Shown: positions 16,460 to 29,109, numbered from the stretch's first letter. The stretch: 64,000 nucleotides of DNA from Desulfatiglandales bacterium (GCA_963667015.2 CAXXJJ010000001.1:2176001-2240000); one strand, 5' to 3'. Notes: generated from the sequence alone by a model not told the origin. Numbers and translations: made by a program.

Positions 16460-19400
16460 TCATTTCAATCCGCTATTTGTGATGTGAAAATAATCGAAAG
16501 AAACATCAAAGGGCGTTTCCGGTTTGGTTGTATCCGGATTAAACCAGAAGCTGTTTCTCTGGCTTGTCGTAATTACCCCGTCACATACGATTAACCCGGC
16601 CCTGATATCCTTTAACAGAATATCCGCATTTCCAAGTGTTTCAAATTTATTTCCATCCAGTGAATAAAATGCAGTGTAAATGCTCCCCTTTTTCTCCAGC
16701 CTTAGTATCAGGGCATTATCACCGGTAATTTCATTTTTCAGGTCAAAGGTTCCGAAAGATTTTGTAAATCCATTTTCTTCAATCATGAGCTCTAATGTGC
16801 CTGGCTGCACTGTTCCTTCTGCAGGTCTGCCAAATCCTGTCCTTTTTGTAACCGCCCTGAACATAAGTTTTACAAAATTACTGTCATCCTGGTAAGCAAG
16901 GATTGCAGCATTTTCCGGCTGTGAAGGAATTCTTGACCCTGTCAGTTTTGTCTCAGCAATCCAGTCGGTGTTTGCACTCTGCAGCAGAATATTTCTGGCA
17001 TTGTCTACTGCCTCTGAGATATCTCCCTTTTCACTGGTGATGGTAAGTGAACCGGCCTTTTTGGTAAGGCTGCGGCTTGCCGGGTTTTCCCTTATCCATT
17101 CCCACTGTTTACCAACTGAGGAGCCGTTGAATTCATCGCTTAAGGATTTAACTCCGAAATTTATATAATATATATTTTTTTCAAGAGTGATGTTATCTAT
17201 CAATTCAATAACAGCAGTTCCTGGAACTCCTTTTGCCTGTGTAATATCCACTGTAATATTTTTCCCCTGAGCTTTTGCCTTAACCACGGGAGGTTTTGAA
17301 TTGCTTTTTAAAAGAAAACTGTAGGCCCTGATTTTTCGATCAAAACCCTTTATCTTTTTACCGTTTACCGTGATTGATCCGGGATTAAGATCGGGCATTA
17401 CCTTTAATGGGTAGCTGCCTGAAAGGGTGTGTCCCTCCACTGTAACATAGGCGAATATCAGGGCTGTTCCAACCCCGGCGGCAGTTACCCTTCCTTCTTC
17501 ATCAACAGTCGCGACCGAGGGGTTGTTGCTTTTATATATTACCTTTGCATCTTTAATATCATAAAAACTGTCATCCGACATGGAGGCGGTAACCTCTGTC
17601 TGAACCATATCACCGGGACTTAACACCACTTTGTCACATCGGGCAACAACCGTCTTCAGTACAGGTTTGTAGCTGCCGCTCATGTTTGCCTCTACTGTTC
17701 CCCTGATATCCTTTGATGATGAACCTATTTCAAAAACATACCTGCCCTGGTCGAATGTTATCCTGTCATTCTCAGAATCCCAGAACCAGAGATCTTCGCA
17801 GTTTATCTCAATAGACACTGTCTTTATCTGTCCCGCAGGAATAGTTACCCTTTTAAATCCCTTTAGTCTTTTAATCGGTCTTTCCAGTGATGCGGGGCTG
17901 TCAGGGGTTTTAAGGTAGATCTGGACTGTTTCATCCCCGTCAGTATCACCTGCATTTTTTACATCAACACTGATTGTGATTGAATCGTTAGGCGTAATAC
18001 TGCTTTTACTGACAGCAAAGTTGCTGTACTCAAAGGTTGTGTAGGAGAGGCCGAATCCGAATTCATAGGAAACCTCTTTATCAAAATACCAGTAGGTTCT
18101 GCCGTTCTTTTCTGTACCGCCTCTCAGTGTATAATCCGTAAAATCCGGAAGATCTTTTACTGATTTATGCCAGGTGACATTCAGTTTCCCGCCCGGGTTT
18201 ACCTCCCCGAATAATATTTTAGCTATGGCTGTTCCCTGTGCCTGGCCGTTGTATCCGGTCCAGATAATACCGGTAACATTCGGGTTGTTTTTAAACTGCT
18301 CAACTTCAACCATCCCCATTGTCTGCATTACGACGATGGTATTTGGATTAACAGCTGCCACTGCGCTGATAAGTTCATTCTGGTTACCGGGCAGAGTTAA
18401 CGCAAACCTGTCGGATTCCTCTCTTCCCGTAGTCTGGTCTGTTCCCACAAATATAAGGGCCACATCCGCAGAGGCCGACATTTCAAGCGTTTCTTTATCT
18501 GTGGCAGGTACTTCCGGTTCATGGTAGACAAGGACAATGGTCTGCGGTCCGGTTATACCCAGTGTGTTAATCTTAACTGGAACTGTTCGGGACCTTCCAA
18601 AGGGGAAAAAGCCCTGGCCCTGCTGCTCATTGGCTATTTTTTCCGAGCCCAGGATATTCCCGGTTGCGGACCCGACTCTGACCTCGAGTACTCCACCGCT
18701 GCCTGATACAGACATGTTGAATTTCATGGAATCAATACCGGTTATGTCAACGTTATGATACATTGTCCAGTCCCCATCCTTGATTCCCCTTACAGAAGGA
18801 GGCCCGAATCTTGCGGAGGTTATTAACCCGTCTGCCGAGGCATCGAATTTTGTTGCATCATATTCCTTTAAGGTTTCACCATTACTGACTGTAGAAAAGT
18901 TGATCATGGTGAAAAAATCGGTTCTTTTTGCGGTATTTCCGCCTGACATGGAGACCACTTCGGTATTGAGATTATGCTGCTTTATATAATCTTGAATTCC
19001 TGCAAGAGGGGTGATTTGTAATGAGGGTTCAACTTCCCCTGAATAATCCCCCAGTTCTATCTTTCCTGCCTGGGGACCCAGCACTGCGATTTTTTTTATC
19101 TCTTTTAACCTTACAGGCAGCGCTTTACTGCCTGTACCTTTAACAGGGCTGTTCTTTAACAGGACAGGCGTTTTTGTTGCAACCTCAACTGCAAGGTCAT
19201 TGTGTGAAGGATCATTTATTATACCCGGTTTAATACCTGCATAGGGAACAATTTCCGGAGGGTCAAACTCGCCTATCCTCATTCTTATGGTAAAAAGGTT
19301 TACCAGAGCCCTGTCAATATCACCCTGAGTAATCAGTTTTTTCTCCAGGGCCGCCAGGGCATGGGCCTGATAAACATCTCCGCAGTCAGTATCAACTCCT

Positions 19401-20290
19401 GATTTAAGCCCCATTGCGGTTGCCGCTTCATTGGTTTCAGCGTAGTGATGTCCTGTAACCATATCACCTATTGCACCGCAGTCACCGGTAATGTATCCAT
19501 CAAGGCCGTATGTCTTTCTTGCTATTTTATCAACCAGGAATTCACTGGCCGATACCGGTACGCCGTTTACAGCGCTGTAGGCGGTCATGATAGCAGGAAG
19601 GTTGTAATCTTTGATAAGGGTCCTGTAGGGCTGTAAGTAATATTCCCTCATATCTCTTTTGTCCATATCCGCACTGCCGGTATGCCGGTTAAATTCGGTG
19701 TTGTTCGCCAGATAGTGTTTTCCACAGGGTACTGCCTTAAGATAGACCGGATTATCACCCATTAGACCCTGAATAAAACCCCTTGATATTTCAGATACAA
19801 GAAAAGGATCTTCCCCGAATGATTCGGCTGTTCTTCCCCACCTGGGATCACGGGCCGGTTCTACAACCGGTGACCAGTAGGTAAGTGTGAAAATATAGTC
19901 ATGGTTAAAACCCCTTGCCTCATCGGATATCACTGTTGTTTCAAGCTTTATAAGGTCAGGATCCCATGTGGCCCCGACTGCAACACTGTTCGGAAATGAT
20001 GTTGCTGTCATCCCGCTGTTATCGTTCCTTCCCAGGATTCCGTGCAAAGCCTCTCCCCAGAAATCATATTGGTTAATGCCCAGCCGGGGAACAGGAGGCA
20101 TGGTATTTCCCAGCTGGCTCTGTTTTTCCTCGGGAGTCATTTTGGAGACCAGATCCGCAGCCCTTTCCTTAAAGGAATAGGCAGTGTTAAGGTAAATGGG
20201 CTTTTTAGCGGTCTCTCCGGCCTGACCGGAGGCTGTCATGTTTAAGAAGAAGAGAACGAGAATAAATATCCAGGTATTCTTTGATTTCAT
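16460..20290 (-). CDS. Secreted GH3 beta-xylosidase-like glycosidase with CBM6-like insert, Fn3-like, Ig-like and C-terminal beta-sandwich domains
   Basis: WGEALHG, RDPRWGRTAESFGEDP, KHYLANN, GYITGDCGA, EFGFGLSYTTF. Confidence 0.93.
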   Translation of the reverse strand: MKSKNTWIFILVLFFLNMTASGQAGETAKKPIYLNTAYSFKERAADLVSKMTPEEKQSQLGNTMPPVPRLGINQYDFWGEALHGILGRNDNSGMTATSFPNSVAVGATWDPDLIKLETTVISDEARGFNHDYIFTLTYWSPVVEPARDPRWGRTAESFGEDPFLVSEISRGFIQGLMGDNPVYLKAVPCGKHYLANNTEFNRHTGSADMDKRDMREYYLQPYRTLIKDYNLPAIMTAYSAVNGVPVSASEFLVDKIARKTYGLDGYITGDCGAIGDMVTGHHYAETNEAATAMGLKSGVDTDCGDVYQAHALAALEKKLITQGDIDRALVNLFTIRMRIGEFDPPEIVPYAGIKPGIINDPSHNDLAVEVATKTPVLLKNSPVKGTGSKALPVRLKEIKKIAVLGPQAGKIELGDYSGEVEPSLQITPLAGIQDYIKQHNLNTEVVSMSGGNTAKRTDFFTMINFSTVSNGETLKEYDATKFDASADGLITSARFGPPSVRGIKDGDWTMYHNVDITGIDSMKFNMSVSGSGGVLEVRVGSATGNILGSEKIANEQQGQGFFPFGRSRTVPVKINTLGITGPQTIVLVYHEPEVPATDKETLEMSASADVALIFVGTDQTTGREESDRFALTLPGNQNELISAVAAVNPNTIVVMQTMGMVEVEQFKNNPNVTGIIWTGYNGQAQGTAIAKILFGEVNPGGKLNVTWHKSVKDLPDFTDYTLRGGTEKNGRTYWYFDKEVSYEFGFGLSYTTFEYSNFAVSKSSITPNDSITISVDVKNAGDTDGDETVQIYLKTPDSPASLERPIKRLKGFKRVTIPAGQIKTVSIEINCEDLWFWDSENDRITFDQGRYVFEIGSSSKDIRGTVEANMSGSYKPVLKTVVARCDKVVLSPGDMVQTEVTASMSDDSFYDIKDAKVIYKSNNPSVATVDEEGRVTAAGVGTALIFAYVTVEGHTLSGSYPLKVMPDLNPGSITVNGKKIKGFDRKIRAYSFLLKSNSKPPVVKAKAQGKNITVDITQAKGVPGTAVIELIDNITLEKNIYYINFGVKSLSDEFNGSSVGKQWEWIRENPASRSLTKKAGSLTITSEKGDISEAVDNARNILLQSANTDWIAETKLTGSRIPSQPENAAILAYQDDSNFVKLMFRAVTKRTGFGRPAEGTVQPGTLELMIEENGFTKSFGTFDLKNEITGDNALILRLEKKGSIYTAFYSLDGNKFETLGNADILLKDIRAGLIVCDGVITTSQRNSFWFNPDTTKPETPFDVSFDYFHITNSGLK

Positions 20291-20325
20291 TGCGAAGAAT
20301 CCTTTCTATCGAAAAATGGAGGGAA

Positions 20326-20356
20326 CGCTACCCTGTCATTTGCGGCAGGGCAGCGT
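20326..20356 (-). terminator. Intergenic hairpin, possible terminator
   Basis: acgctaccctgtc / ggcagggcagcgt stem. Confidence 0.45.
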
Positions 20357-20390
20357 GTTTGAACATTTCTAATTGAAATCGGTTTCCGTC

Positions 20391-21557
<1,167 letters not shown>

Positions 21558-21572
21558 TCAATTATAAATATT

Positions 21573-22784
21573 TTAATCGATCTTTTTCCTGACTTTTATG
21601 GCCTTAAGCTCTCCCGTGGGACATACCACCTCACAGGCCCCGCAGCCATTACATTTTAAAGGATCAACACCCGGAAATGATTCATATGCCTCTTCATACC
21701 ACCGGACCTCAACCGCCTCATAGGGACAGGCCCGTATACAGGTATTGCAGTCGCTGTAACCCCACAGGCACAGGGAGGTGTCCACACTTGCAGTTCCTAT
21801 AATATATTTGTTTTTCTGCTCAAGATTCAAGCTCTGCAGGGCGCCGCTGGGACAGGCCTTTACGCAGGCGTTACATTCTTCATTGCAGTATTCCCTTTCA
21901 TACCGGACAAGAGGCGCCAGAAATCCGAGAATCCCGGCCTGTCCGGTATCCGGATGAATGATGCCCGACGGACATGCACGTACACAGTTGCCGCATCGTA
22001 TACAAAGACCCGTAAATTCATCCTCGTCAATTGCTCCCGGCGGTCTTAAGGGTACATCCTTGGATCTTGCCTGGCCGGTTTTTTGCGCCCACAGACTGAG
22101 TCCGATTCCGGCTGCCAGTGCAATAAACGTTCTCCTTGTCGCAGGAAGAGAGTAGCCTTTGGAGGCCTTTTCTTCAGATTCCTTTTTTGCGGGTTTTCTC
22201 AGATTCCTGCAGAAAGAGCCGAGACCTTCCAGGAGGTCCTGGGTTGCACCCAGGGGACATATTTTGGCACACCAGAAGTTGCCGGAGGTTAATGCAAGTA
22301 AAATAAGAATAATTATACCGGATAATGATATAACTGCTGAGATAATATTGGGAGCCTTATAAACTGAAAAGGCATTGTTTAATAATGACAGTGGGTCCAT
22401 CCAAAGGAAAAGCGGATAGCCGAAGACTGCCCCGGCTGCCGTGAGCAGGGCGATGTATTTACCAAGGGGCGGGCAGCCCTTCCACCATATTTTAATTGGT
22501 AATTTCATGCCTGACACTGTGTCAAGCAGCAGGCCGACCGGACATATATGACGGCAGAACCATCTTTTTCTTACAAGAGATATAATTGTAAAACCGATGC
22601 CCAGGATAGAACCGATCCAGATTGTTCCACCTGCCAGGATTGAACATATTGTAACAAAGGCGCTTGCCTGAACAAAGATCCTTGAGGTGTGAATCCAGAA
22701 AGGAAAGGGCAGCAGCAGGACAGCGGCCACCAGAAAACAACAGATTCTTACATAAAGGCGAAGTCTTGAGCTCTTATTTGTCAT
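21573..22784 (-). CDS. Membrane polyferredoxin (NapH/MauN plus NapG/MauM-like fusion)
   Basis: WFCRHICPVG, FWCAKICPLG, LRPPGA, several CxxCxxCxxxCP motifs. Confidence 0.88.
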   Translation of the reverse strand: MTNKSSRLRLYVRICCFLVAAVLLLPFPFWIHTSRIFVQASAFVTICSILAGGTIWIGSILGIGFTIISLVRKRWFCRHICPVGLLLDTVSGMKLPIKIWWKGCPPLGKYIALLTAAGAVFGYPLFLWMDPLSLLNNAFSVYKAPNIISAVISLSGIIILILLALTSGNFWCAKICPLGATQDLLEGLGSFCRNLRKPAKKESEEKASKGYSLPATRRTFIALAAGIGLSLWAQKTGQARSKDVPLRPPGAIDEDEFTGLCIRCGNCVRACPSGIIHPDTGQAGILGFLAPLVRYEREYCNEECNACVKACPSGALQSLNLEQKNKYIIGTASVDTSLCLWGYSDCNTCIRACPYEAVEVRWYEEAYESFPGVDPLKCNGCGACEVVCPTGELKAIKVRKKID

Positions 22785-22807
22785 TTCGGAAATTCTCCAT
22801 ATCAGGA

Positions 22808-24061
22808 TTATCCTGTGATTCTCAGGTAAATATAAGCAACAGATATCATAGTCAGTATAATTAATGCCATTTTACTCCACAACTGCATAACCGGTCTCGG
22901 CTGATTTTCTTCCGGTACCTGATTTCCAAACATACTGCGATGATTAAGCCACGCGATGAAGGGGCCTACAAGAAAGGCAATCACTGATGTCATATCAATA
23001 AATGTCTGAAAACTCTTCATGAATATACTGATGACTACCAGAGCCGCAATTACCAGAAAGATCATGATCCAGTCATAGAAGCGCCTCCCCATAAGTTTGC
23101 CTTCTGATCCGGGAGTCAAATCAATTATAAGGGCCTCTATTACACGCGGATATCCGTCCATTACAGTCAGGAGTGTAGAAAACATTACGGTTATGGCCGC
23201 CACCCCAATGGGATAATAGGCCCAGTTGCCGACCAGCTCCGTAAACAGCCGGATCACCTGATTTGCAAAACCTATGGAGTTTTCTTCAGGAACTGTACCG
23301 TTACAGTACATGACAACCATGCCCAGCAGCACAAAACATACGGCCAGAATGAAAGTGGTTATAAATCCGACATTAAAATCCAGACGGGATTCGGATACGC
23401 TGACCTCACTGCCCAGGTCATCTGCCTTGGCACGGGCCCACAGTGACTGCAGAACGGATGCATCAAGGGGTGTGGGCATATAACCTGCCATAGCCACGAT
23501 ATAGAGCATGGTAGGGATATCAAAATTAAAACAGCCTATATTCATGCCGTTTAACTTCAATTTGAAGAGTGCAGTGATCGTGGCCATCAGGATCAACAGG
23601 GTAAACACTATAACTATACCCTTGGTCAGACGTTCAAGTATGTGGTAGCGTCCGGTTACCAGTATCACTGCGGAAATCAGAAGAAGAGCGCCATTGTCCA
23701 CCACCATTCCAAATGAAAATCCCAGTACTGCATTGATTAGCGCTGTGGTGACAAGGCCTATTGCCGCAACAATAAACACCATGCTCAATATCTGGGACAG
23801 ACCGAACAGCCACAGGGTCCAGCGTCCAAAACCTATATAGCTGTCAACAAGCGACCGGCCCGTGGCAGCGGCAAACTCGCTGCCGAATCGAAGTGCCGGA
23901 TACTTGAGCAGACAGAATAAAAGTATAAACGGGATCATGGCCAGGCCGTACACTGCTCCCGCACGTGTAGCATAGACCAGGTGTGACACTCCGACTGCAG
24001 CGGCGGTATACAGTATACCGGGCCCGAGTACAGCCAGCAGTTTTCGATTAGATTGTTGCAT
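22808..24061 (-). CDS. NRAMP-like/APC membrane transporter
   Basis: LGPGILYTAAAVGVSHLV, MFSTLLTVMDGYPR; many TM helices. Confidence 0.82.
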   Translation of the reverse strand: MQQSNRKLLAVLGPGILYTAAAVGVSHLVYATRAGAVYGLAMIPFILLFCLLKYPALRFGSEFAAATGRSLVDSYIGFGRWTLWLFGLSQILSMVFIVAAIGLVTTALINAVLGFSFGMVVDNGALLLISAVILVTGRYHILERLTKGIVIVFTLLILMATITALFKLKLNGMNIGCFNFDIPTMLYIVAMAGYMPTPLDASVLQSLWARAKADDLGSEVSVSESRLDFNVGFITTFILAVCFVLLGMVVMYCNGTVPEENSIGFANQVIRLFTELVGNWAYYPIGVAAITVMFSTLLTVMDGYPRVIEALIIDLTPGSEGKLMGRRFYDWIMIFLVIAALVVISIFMKSFQTFIDMTSVIAFLVGPFIAWLNHRSMFGNQVPEENQPRPVMQLWSKMALIILTMISVAYIYLRITG

Positions 24062-24160
24062 TAATATTTTTCCTTTATTTTTACTCCGGGTCAGCAAATA
24101 ACCTCTGCTTCAATTTCTCCTTTACCCTGATTAGAAAAGTCCGGCAGGATGAAATAGAAG

Positions 24161-24206
24161 AGGCTTCCTCTTCCATACCCTCCCTTATGGAAAGAGGAAG
24201 CCTTTT
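24161..24206. terminator. Strong hairpin, probable intrinsic terminator
   Basis: aggcttcctcttccata / tatggaaagaggaagcct. Confidence 0.6.
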
Positions 24207-24284
24207 GCAGGTACAACCGCAAAATGACTGCATTGAAAAAAATATGTTTTCTCAGTCGATCATTCTTTTAACTGTCCGCCCGGT

Positions 24285-25784
24285 TTAACCGGGGAGTATT
24301 ACCCCCTGTTTTTTAAGGCTGGCCTGTAAAGCTTTTATGTCTATCTTCCTGAGATCTACACCGCTATTTATGGCCTGTGCTGCTGCAGTTCCTGCGGCTT
24401 CACCAAGGGCGATACAGTGGGGAATATAGTTGAAAAAATTATTGGCAATAGCATTTGATGAAAAAGCACGACAGGCGATAAGAAAATTATCCACCTTGCG
24501 CGGTATCATACAGCGATAGGGCATATATGTGACAGGTGAATCCTGGGATTCCTTTCCGCGGTCAACATCAGGGAATACAGCAATTGTGTCTTCATGAGGC
24601 ACGTTTGAATTCATATCTTTCTCGGTCATCACGTATTCACCAACTACCCTTCTGGCTCCGCGTGTACCGAGCTGGGGGTTGCTAAGAACAATGAAGCTTT
24701 TATCAAAACCGGGAATGTTTTTCTTGTAATAGTCGTGAGTTATCATCATCTCTTTTCTGCCAAGGAATTCAACCCTTGTAAGTTCCTCAACATCAACCTG
24801 GCTTTTGTTGGCATAGCGCGGGAAAACCCATACAACGCTCTCCTGATTCTTCAGGTTGCTGGTCATAAAGCCCCCGTGTCCGCCGGCCTTTCTTATCTCG
24901 CGCATCTGTTCCATAATTTCCTGCTGGTGGGCGGCCCTGTATTCATTGTATTTTACCAGGTCAACATTTGCTATCCAGTAGGAAAATGACAGGTTTGCAA
25001 TCCTCAGGGTCCGGTCAATCTCGTCTTCAAAGTCTGCACCGGAGTAGGGCAGCAGGTCACCGTCGCCGGTTGAATCAATAACAACCTTTGCCAGTATAGC
25101 CTGCCTTCCCGACTTGCTTTCAAATATTACTCCTACGACCTTGTTGCCGTCCATGATGGGCTCAGTACCCCAGGCGTGGAGATATGTTTTTACTCCTGCT
25201 TCTTCTACCATATCCTGCAAAATACATTTTGATATCTCTGCGTCGATGTGTGCGGAGTACAGTACCCTTTTCTCCCTGACATTAAAAAAGGAGCGGTTCT
25301 GGTAATACTGGACCACTTTCGGGTCATCCGATCCCCAGTCTTCCTTTTTAGGGTAATCGGTAGCTTCCCTCTTTTCGAGTCTCTCAATCCACTCCTGAGA
25401 AATACCTGCTATCTGCTGTTTACCGCTGAAATCGCTCAGGTTCGGAATGATTGTTACCAGCCCGCCGGTTCCCATACCTCCGAGGTGTTCATACCTTTCG
25501 ATAAGAACCGTATCAGCCCCGCTCCTTGCGGCCGTTACTGCTGCGCCGATACCTCCGGGGCCACCTCCAACAACCACAACATCGGCTGTCCGGCAGACGC
25601 GTGTTTCTCTGGCTGCTTCCCTTATTGTCTTGCCTGATATTTTTGAGGACTCGCCTGCTACGGCAGCGCCAGGAATAGTTATACCTGCGGCGCCTGCTGC
25701 AAGGGCAGATGCCCCCCCTATAGCTGTTCTTTTAACGAACTCTCTTCGAGTCATTCCATTTTTCATTTCTTTTAATGATTTCAT
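24285..25784 (-). CDS. Tat-exported FAD-dependent oxidoreductase (FAD_oxidored family)
   Basis: TRREFVK; VVVGGGPGG; IDSTGDGD; MPYRCMIP. Confidence 0.9.
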   Translation of the reverse strand: MKSLKEMKNGMTRREFVKRTAIGGASALAAGAAGITIPGAAVAGESSKISGKTIREAARETRVCRTADVVVVGGGPGGIGAAVTAARSGADTVLIERYEHLGGMGTGGLVTIIPNLSDFSGKQQIAGISQEWIERLEKREATDYPKKEDWGSDDPKVVQYYQNRSFFNVREKRVLYSAHIDAEISKCILQDMVEEAGVKTYLHAWGTEPIMDGNKVVGVIFESKSGRQAILAKVVIDSTGDGDLLPYSGADFEDEIDRTLRIANLSFSYWIANVDLVKYNEYRAAHQQEIMEQMREIRKAGGHGGFMTSNLKNQESVVWVFPRYANKSQVDVEELTRVEFLGRKEMMITHDYYKKNIPGFDKSFIVLSNPQLGTRGARRVVGEYVMTEKDMNSNVPHEDTIAVFPDVDRGKESQDSPVTYMPYRCMIPRKVDNFLIACRAFSSNAIANNFFNYIPHCIALGEAAGTAAAQAINSGVDLRKIDIKALQASLKKQGVILPG

Positions 25785-25844
25785 CGGTATTTTCCTTCCA
25801 AAAAACTAATAAATAAAAATTAAATAAAAACACCCTTTTATAAA

Positions 25845-27329
25845 CTAACCGGGCAGTACTACACCCTGTTTTTTGAGGGTAGCCTGAAGCCCCTTAATAT
25901 CAACCTTTCTGATATCTACACCACTGTTTACCGCCTGTGCTGCCGCAGCTCCTGCAGCCTGTCCAAGGGAGACACAATGGTGTATCAAGTTGAAAGCGTC
26001 ATTGATAGGAGCATCTGATGAAAACGCCCGGCAGGCAACAAGCATATTGTCAACATTACGTGGTATCAGGCATCGATATGGCATGTACATAAGAGGATTT
26101 TTTTCATCCATATTAGGGAATATTGCAATGGTGTCATTAAAAGGTTTCTGTGCCTTCATGTCTTCTTTCTTTACAACATAATCTCCAACAACCCGCCTTC
26201 CGCCGCGGGTGCCGAGCTGAGGATTTGACAGAACTATGAAGCTCCTTTCAAAACCGGGAACATGCTCCTTGTAAAAATCGTGTGTTATCAGCATCTCTTT
26301 ACGGCCCTCAAATTCTACCCGTGTGAGCTCCTCAACATCATACTGACAGGTATTGGCGTAACGGGGGAAGCACCAGACCACATTCTCCTGGTTTTTAAGG
26401 TTGCTGGTCATAACGCCGGCCTTTCCGCCGAGTTTCCTGAGATCGCGCATCTTTTCAGCAAGTTCCTTTGCATTGGATTTTTTATATTCCTCATATTTTT
26501 TCAGATCAACATTATCTATCCAGTAGGAGAAGGAGAGGTTTGCAATTCTCATGGTGCGTTCGATATGGGTTTCAAACTCTGCCCCGGCGTATGGTAACAG
26601 GTCTCCATCGCCCGTAGAGTCTATTACAACCTTTGCGAGCACGGCCTGCCTGCCTGATTTGCTCTCAAAGATAACACCCCTGGCCTTGTTGCCCTCCATA
26701 ATGGGTTCTGTTCCCCAGGAATGGAGATATGTCTTGACCCCTGCCTCTTCCATCATGTCCTGGAATAAACACTTTGATATCTCTGCATCGATGTGTGCGG
26801 AATATCCTACCCTGTTGCCTGTCGCGTAAAAAAAGGAGCGGTTTTTGTAATAATCAACAAGTTTTTTATCGGTTGAACCCCAGTGTTCCTTCTTCGGGTA
26901 GTCGGCCCCATCCCTTTTATCAAGCCTTTCAATCCATTCCTGGGTAATTCCGGCTATCACCTGTTTGCCGCTGACATCGGTCATGGCAGGTATAATGGTT
27001 ACCAGACCGCCTGTACCCATACCGCCCAGATGTTCGTATCTTTCAATAAGGACCGTATCCGCACCATTTCTTGCAGCCGATACTGCCGCCCCTATACCTC
27101 CGGGCCCGCCCCCTACGACAACGACATCGGCAGTTCGGCACACCTTTGTCTCACGGGCAGCTTCCTTGATGGTTTTGCCTGTTATCTCTGCTGCTCCTGC
27201 TGACCGGGTCGACAGGGGAAGCGCTATGCCTCCTGCCCCAACAGCAAAGGCCGCGGCTCCCTTGATAGCTGTATTTCTAACGAATTCCCGGCGGGTTATC
27301 CCGTTTTTTATGTCCTTTGATGATTTCAT
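25845..27329 (-). CDS. Tat-exported FAD-dependent oxidoreductase, tandem paralog
   Basis: TRREFVR; same motifs as neighbour. Confidence 0.9.
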   Translation of the reverse strand: MKSSKDIKNGITRREFVRNTAIKGAAAFAVGAGGIALPLSTRSAGAAEITGKTIKEAARETKVCRTADVVVVGGGPGGIGAAVSAARNGADTVLIERYEHLGGMGTGGLVTIIPAMTDVSGKQVIAGITQEWIERLDKRDGADYPKKEHWGSTDKKLVDYYKNRSFFYATGNRVGYSAHIDAEISKCLFQDMMEEAGVKTYLHSWGTEPIMEGNKARGVIFESKSGRQAVLAKVVIDSTGDGDLLPYAGAEFETHIERTMRIANLSFSYWIDNVDLKKYEEYKKSNAKELAEKMRDLRKLGGKAGVMTSNLKNQENVVWCFPRYANTCQYDVEELTRVEFEGRKEMLITHDFYKEHVPGFERSFIVLSNPQLGTRGGRRVVGDYVVKKEDMKAQKPFNDTIAIFPNMDEKNPLMYMPYRCLIPRNVDNMLVACRAFSSDAPINDAFNLIHHCVSLGQAAGAAAAQAVNSGVDIRKVDIKGLQATLKKQGVVLPG

Positions 27330-27455
27330 AACTGACTCTCCTTTCTGTAAATAATTGGCATCACTATGAAGCTATTTCCTGAATTTTACACCGGGTATTC
27401 ATTATGGCTTGAAGCGAGCTGATAAAGTATCCGACGCAAAAGTTCAGGTGTTATA

Positions 27456-29075
27456 TTATTCGCTTTTTTCCCTTAGTCCTGAAAAATAGATATCAAACGC
27501 CTTAAACCTGTCCAGGTTAGGCACCGGGCAGATGCCTGGCGCTGTATCGAATACCATTGCTTTTTGATCATCCACTTTAAAGACCGGCCACTCGGGCAGA
27601 TCTGGTCCGTTAGGATTACCTGACTTTGCGAAATTTACCCAGTAAGAACTTATCATATCGGAAAGTCTCAAATCCGCTTCTGCCGGGCCGCCCCCCAGTG
27701 TCTGGAAAGCATAGGGAACATCGCTGCCATGGCCTGAACCACCATCAGGCGAGTTTGGATGGTAATCAAAGTAGTACTGATAGGCCTTATTTTTACCATT
27801 CTTTGTCTGGAGGCGTGACCATGCCAGAGTATTCCATGTAAAGGTGTCGTTCCTGTTGTCCTTGGATGCCTGTGTTGCCTCAGCTTCTGTTGAATGGGGA
27901 TATGCCGTAAGGAAAATATCTGCATAAGAACCATATTGTGTTTTAATCTGGTTTTCGAATTGTTCAGGTGTTACCTTTTGTGTGCCGCCGAAGGAACCCA
28001 TTTCATCAGATGTATGTCCAACTAAAACAGGAGTATCGTTAAACTTACCTGCCTCATATAATGAATAGAGGTCGTCTGAGATAACATATCCGTCGGCTGC
28101 CGGCGAGAATCTCATTCCTCCGATACTGCCTTTCTGTGTTTGCTGGATGTCTTCAGCACTTAATGCGCGTGCCTCTTTGATATTGGAAACTCCAAGCTCC
28201 TTTAAAAGGTCAATGCCTGTTGATTCCGCAAATTCAAGAGATGGGACCCCCATGCCAATGCTTGTCTGTTTTGATGTCTGCAGAGGAGTAAATGAGCCTC
28301 CGCTCATGCAGATAACCCCATTGATAAGATCCTTTGTGAGTGGAGAAGCCGCCAGTATGCTTACCGCTCCACCTCCTGCAGAGTGGCCGAAAATCGTGAC
28401 CTTAGCGGGATCGCCCCCAAATTTGGAAATATTCTCCTTTACCCATTTAAGCCCTTCGATCATATCCAGTATTCCGTATGTTCCCGACCCATGATCGCTT
28501 TCACTACTGAGTTCAGGGTGCGCCATGAATCCGAAGGGGCCCAGTCGATATGCTACACTGACGAAAACCACTCCCTTTTTGGCAAACCCGGTTCCGTCAT
28601 ACATGGGTGTGCTGGTAGACCCGCCGCTGTAACCGCCTCCATGTATCCAGTAAATTACCGGGATCTTTTCATTCACTTTTTTGGCGGGAGTCCAGACATT
28701 AAGGTACAGGCAGTCTTCACTTACGGGGGCGGTGTTGCCCATAGCTCCGGATGTCTGCATGCATGCTGAGCAGAAAGCATCCGCCTTTTTTACGCCTGTC
28801 CAGGGCTGTACCGGGGCTGGTGCCTTCCAGCGCAGATCACCGACAGGCGGGGCTGCAAAAGGAATTCCCTTGTAGGTTAAAATCCCGTCCTGATCTACTC
28901 CCTCAATTGTGCCTCCGGTTACTTCAACGGTTGTTGTCAGGGGTAAGGCATCATTAATCTCTTCCTGGACTTTCCGGGCAGTGTTCTCCGCTTTATCAGT
29001 TGAAGAATCACAGGCAAAGGTAAAGAATATGAGGGTCAGCAACAATAAAAATCGAATTGAATGTTTAAACAGCAT
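27456..29075 (-). CDS. Type-B carboxylesterase lipoprotein
   Basis: FAC lipobox; SEDCLYLNVW, HGGG, FGHSAGG. Confidence 0.92.
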   Translation of the reverse strand: MLFKHSIRFLLLLTLIFFTFACDSSTDKAENTARKVQEEINDALPLTTTVEVTGGTIEGVDQDGILTYKGIPFAAPPVGDLRWKAPAPVQPWTGVKKADAFCSACMQTSGAMGNTAPVSEDCLYLNVWTPAKKVNEKIPVIYWIHGGGYSGGSTSTPMYDGTGFAKKGVVFVSVAYRLGPFGFMAHPELSSESDHGSGTYGILDMIEGLKWVKENISKFGGDPAKVTIFGHSAGGGAVSILAASPLTKDLINGVICMSGGSFTPLQTSKQTSIGMGVPSLEFAESTGIDLLKELGVSNIKEARALSAEDIQQTQKGSIGGMRFSPAADGYVISDDLYSLYEAGKFNDTPVLVGHTSDEMGSFGGTQKVTPEQFENQIKTQYGSYADIFLTAYPHSTEAEATQASKDNRNDTFTWNTLAWSRLQTKNGKNKAYQYYFDYHPNSPDGGSGHGSDVPYAFQTLGGGPAEADLRLSDMISSYWVNFAKSGNPNGPDLPEWPVFKVDDQKAMVFDTAPGICPVPNLDRFKAFDIYFSGLREKSE

Positions 29076-29109
29076 TGTACCTCCTTAATTGAGTTAATAA
29101 GAATGACGA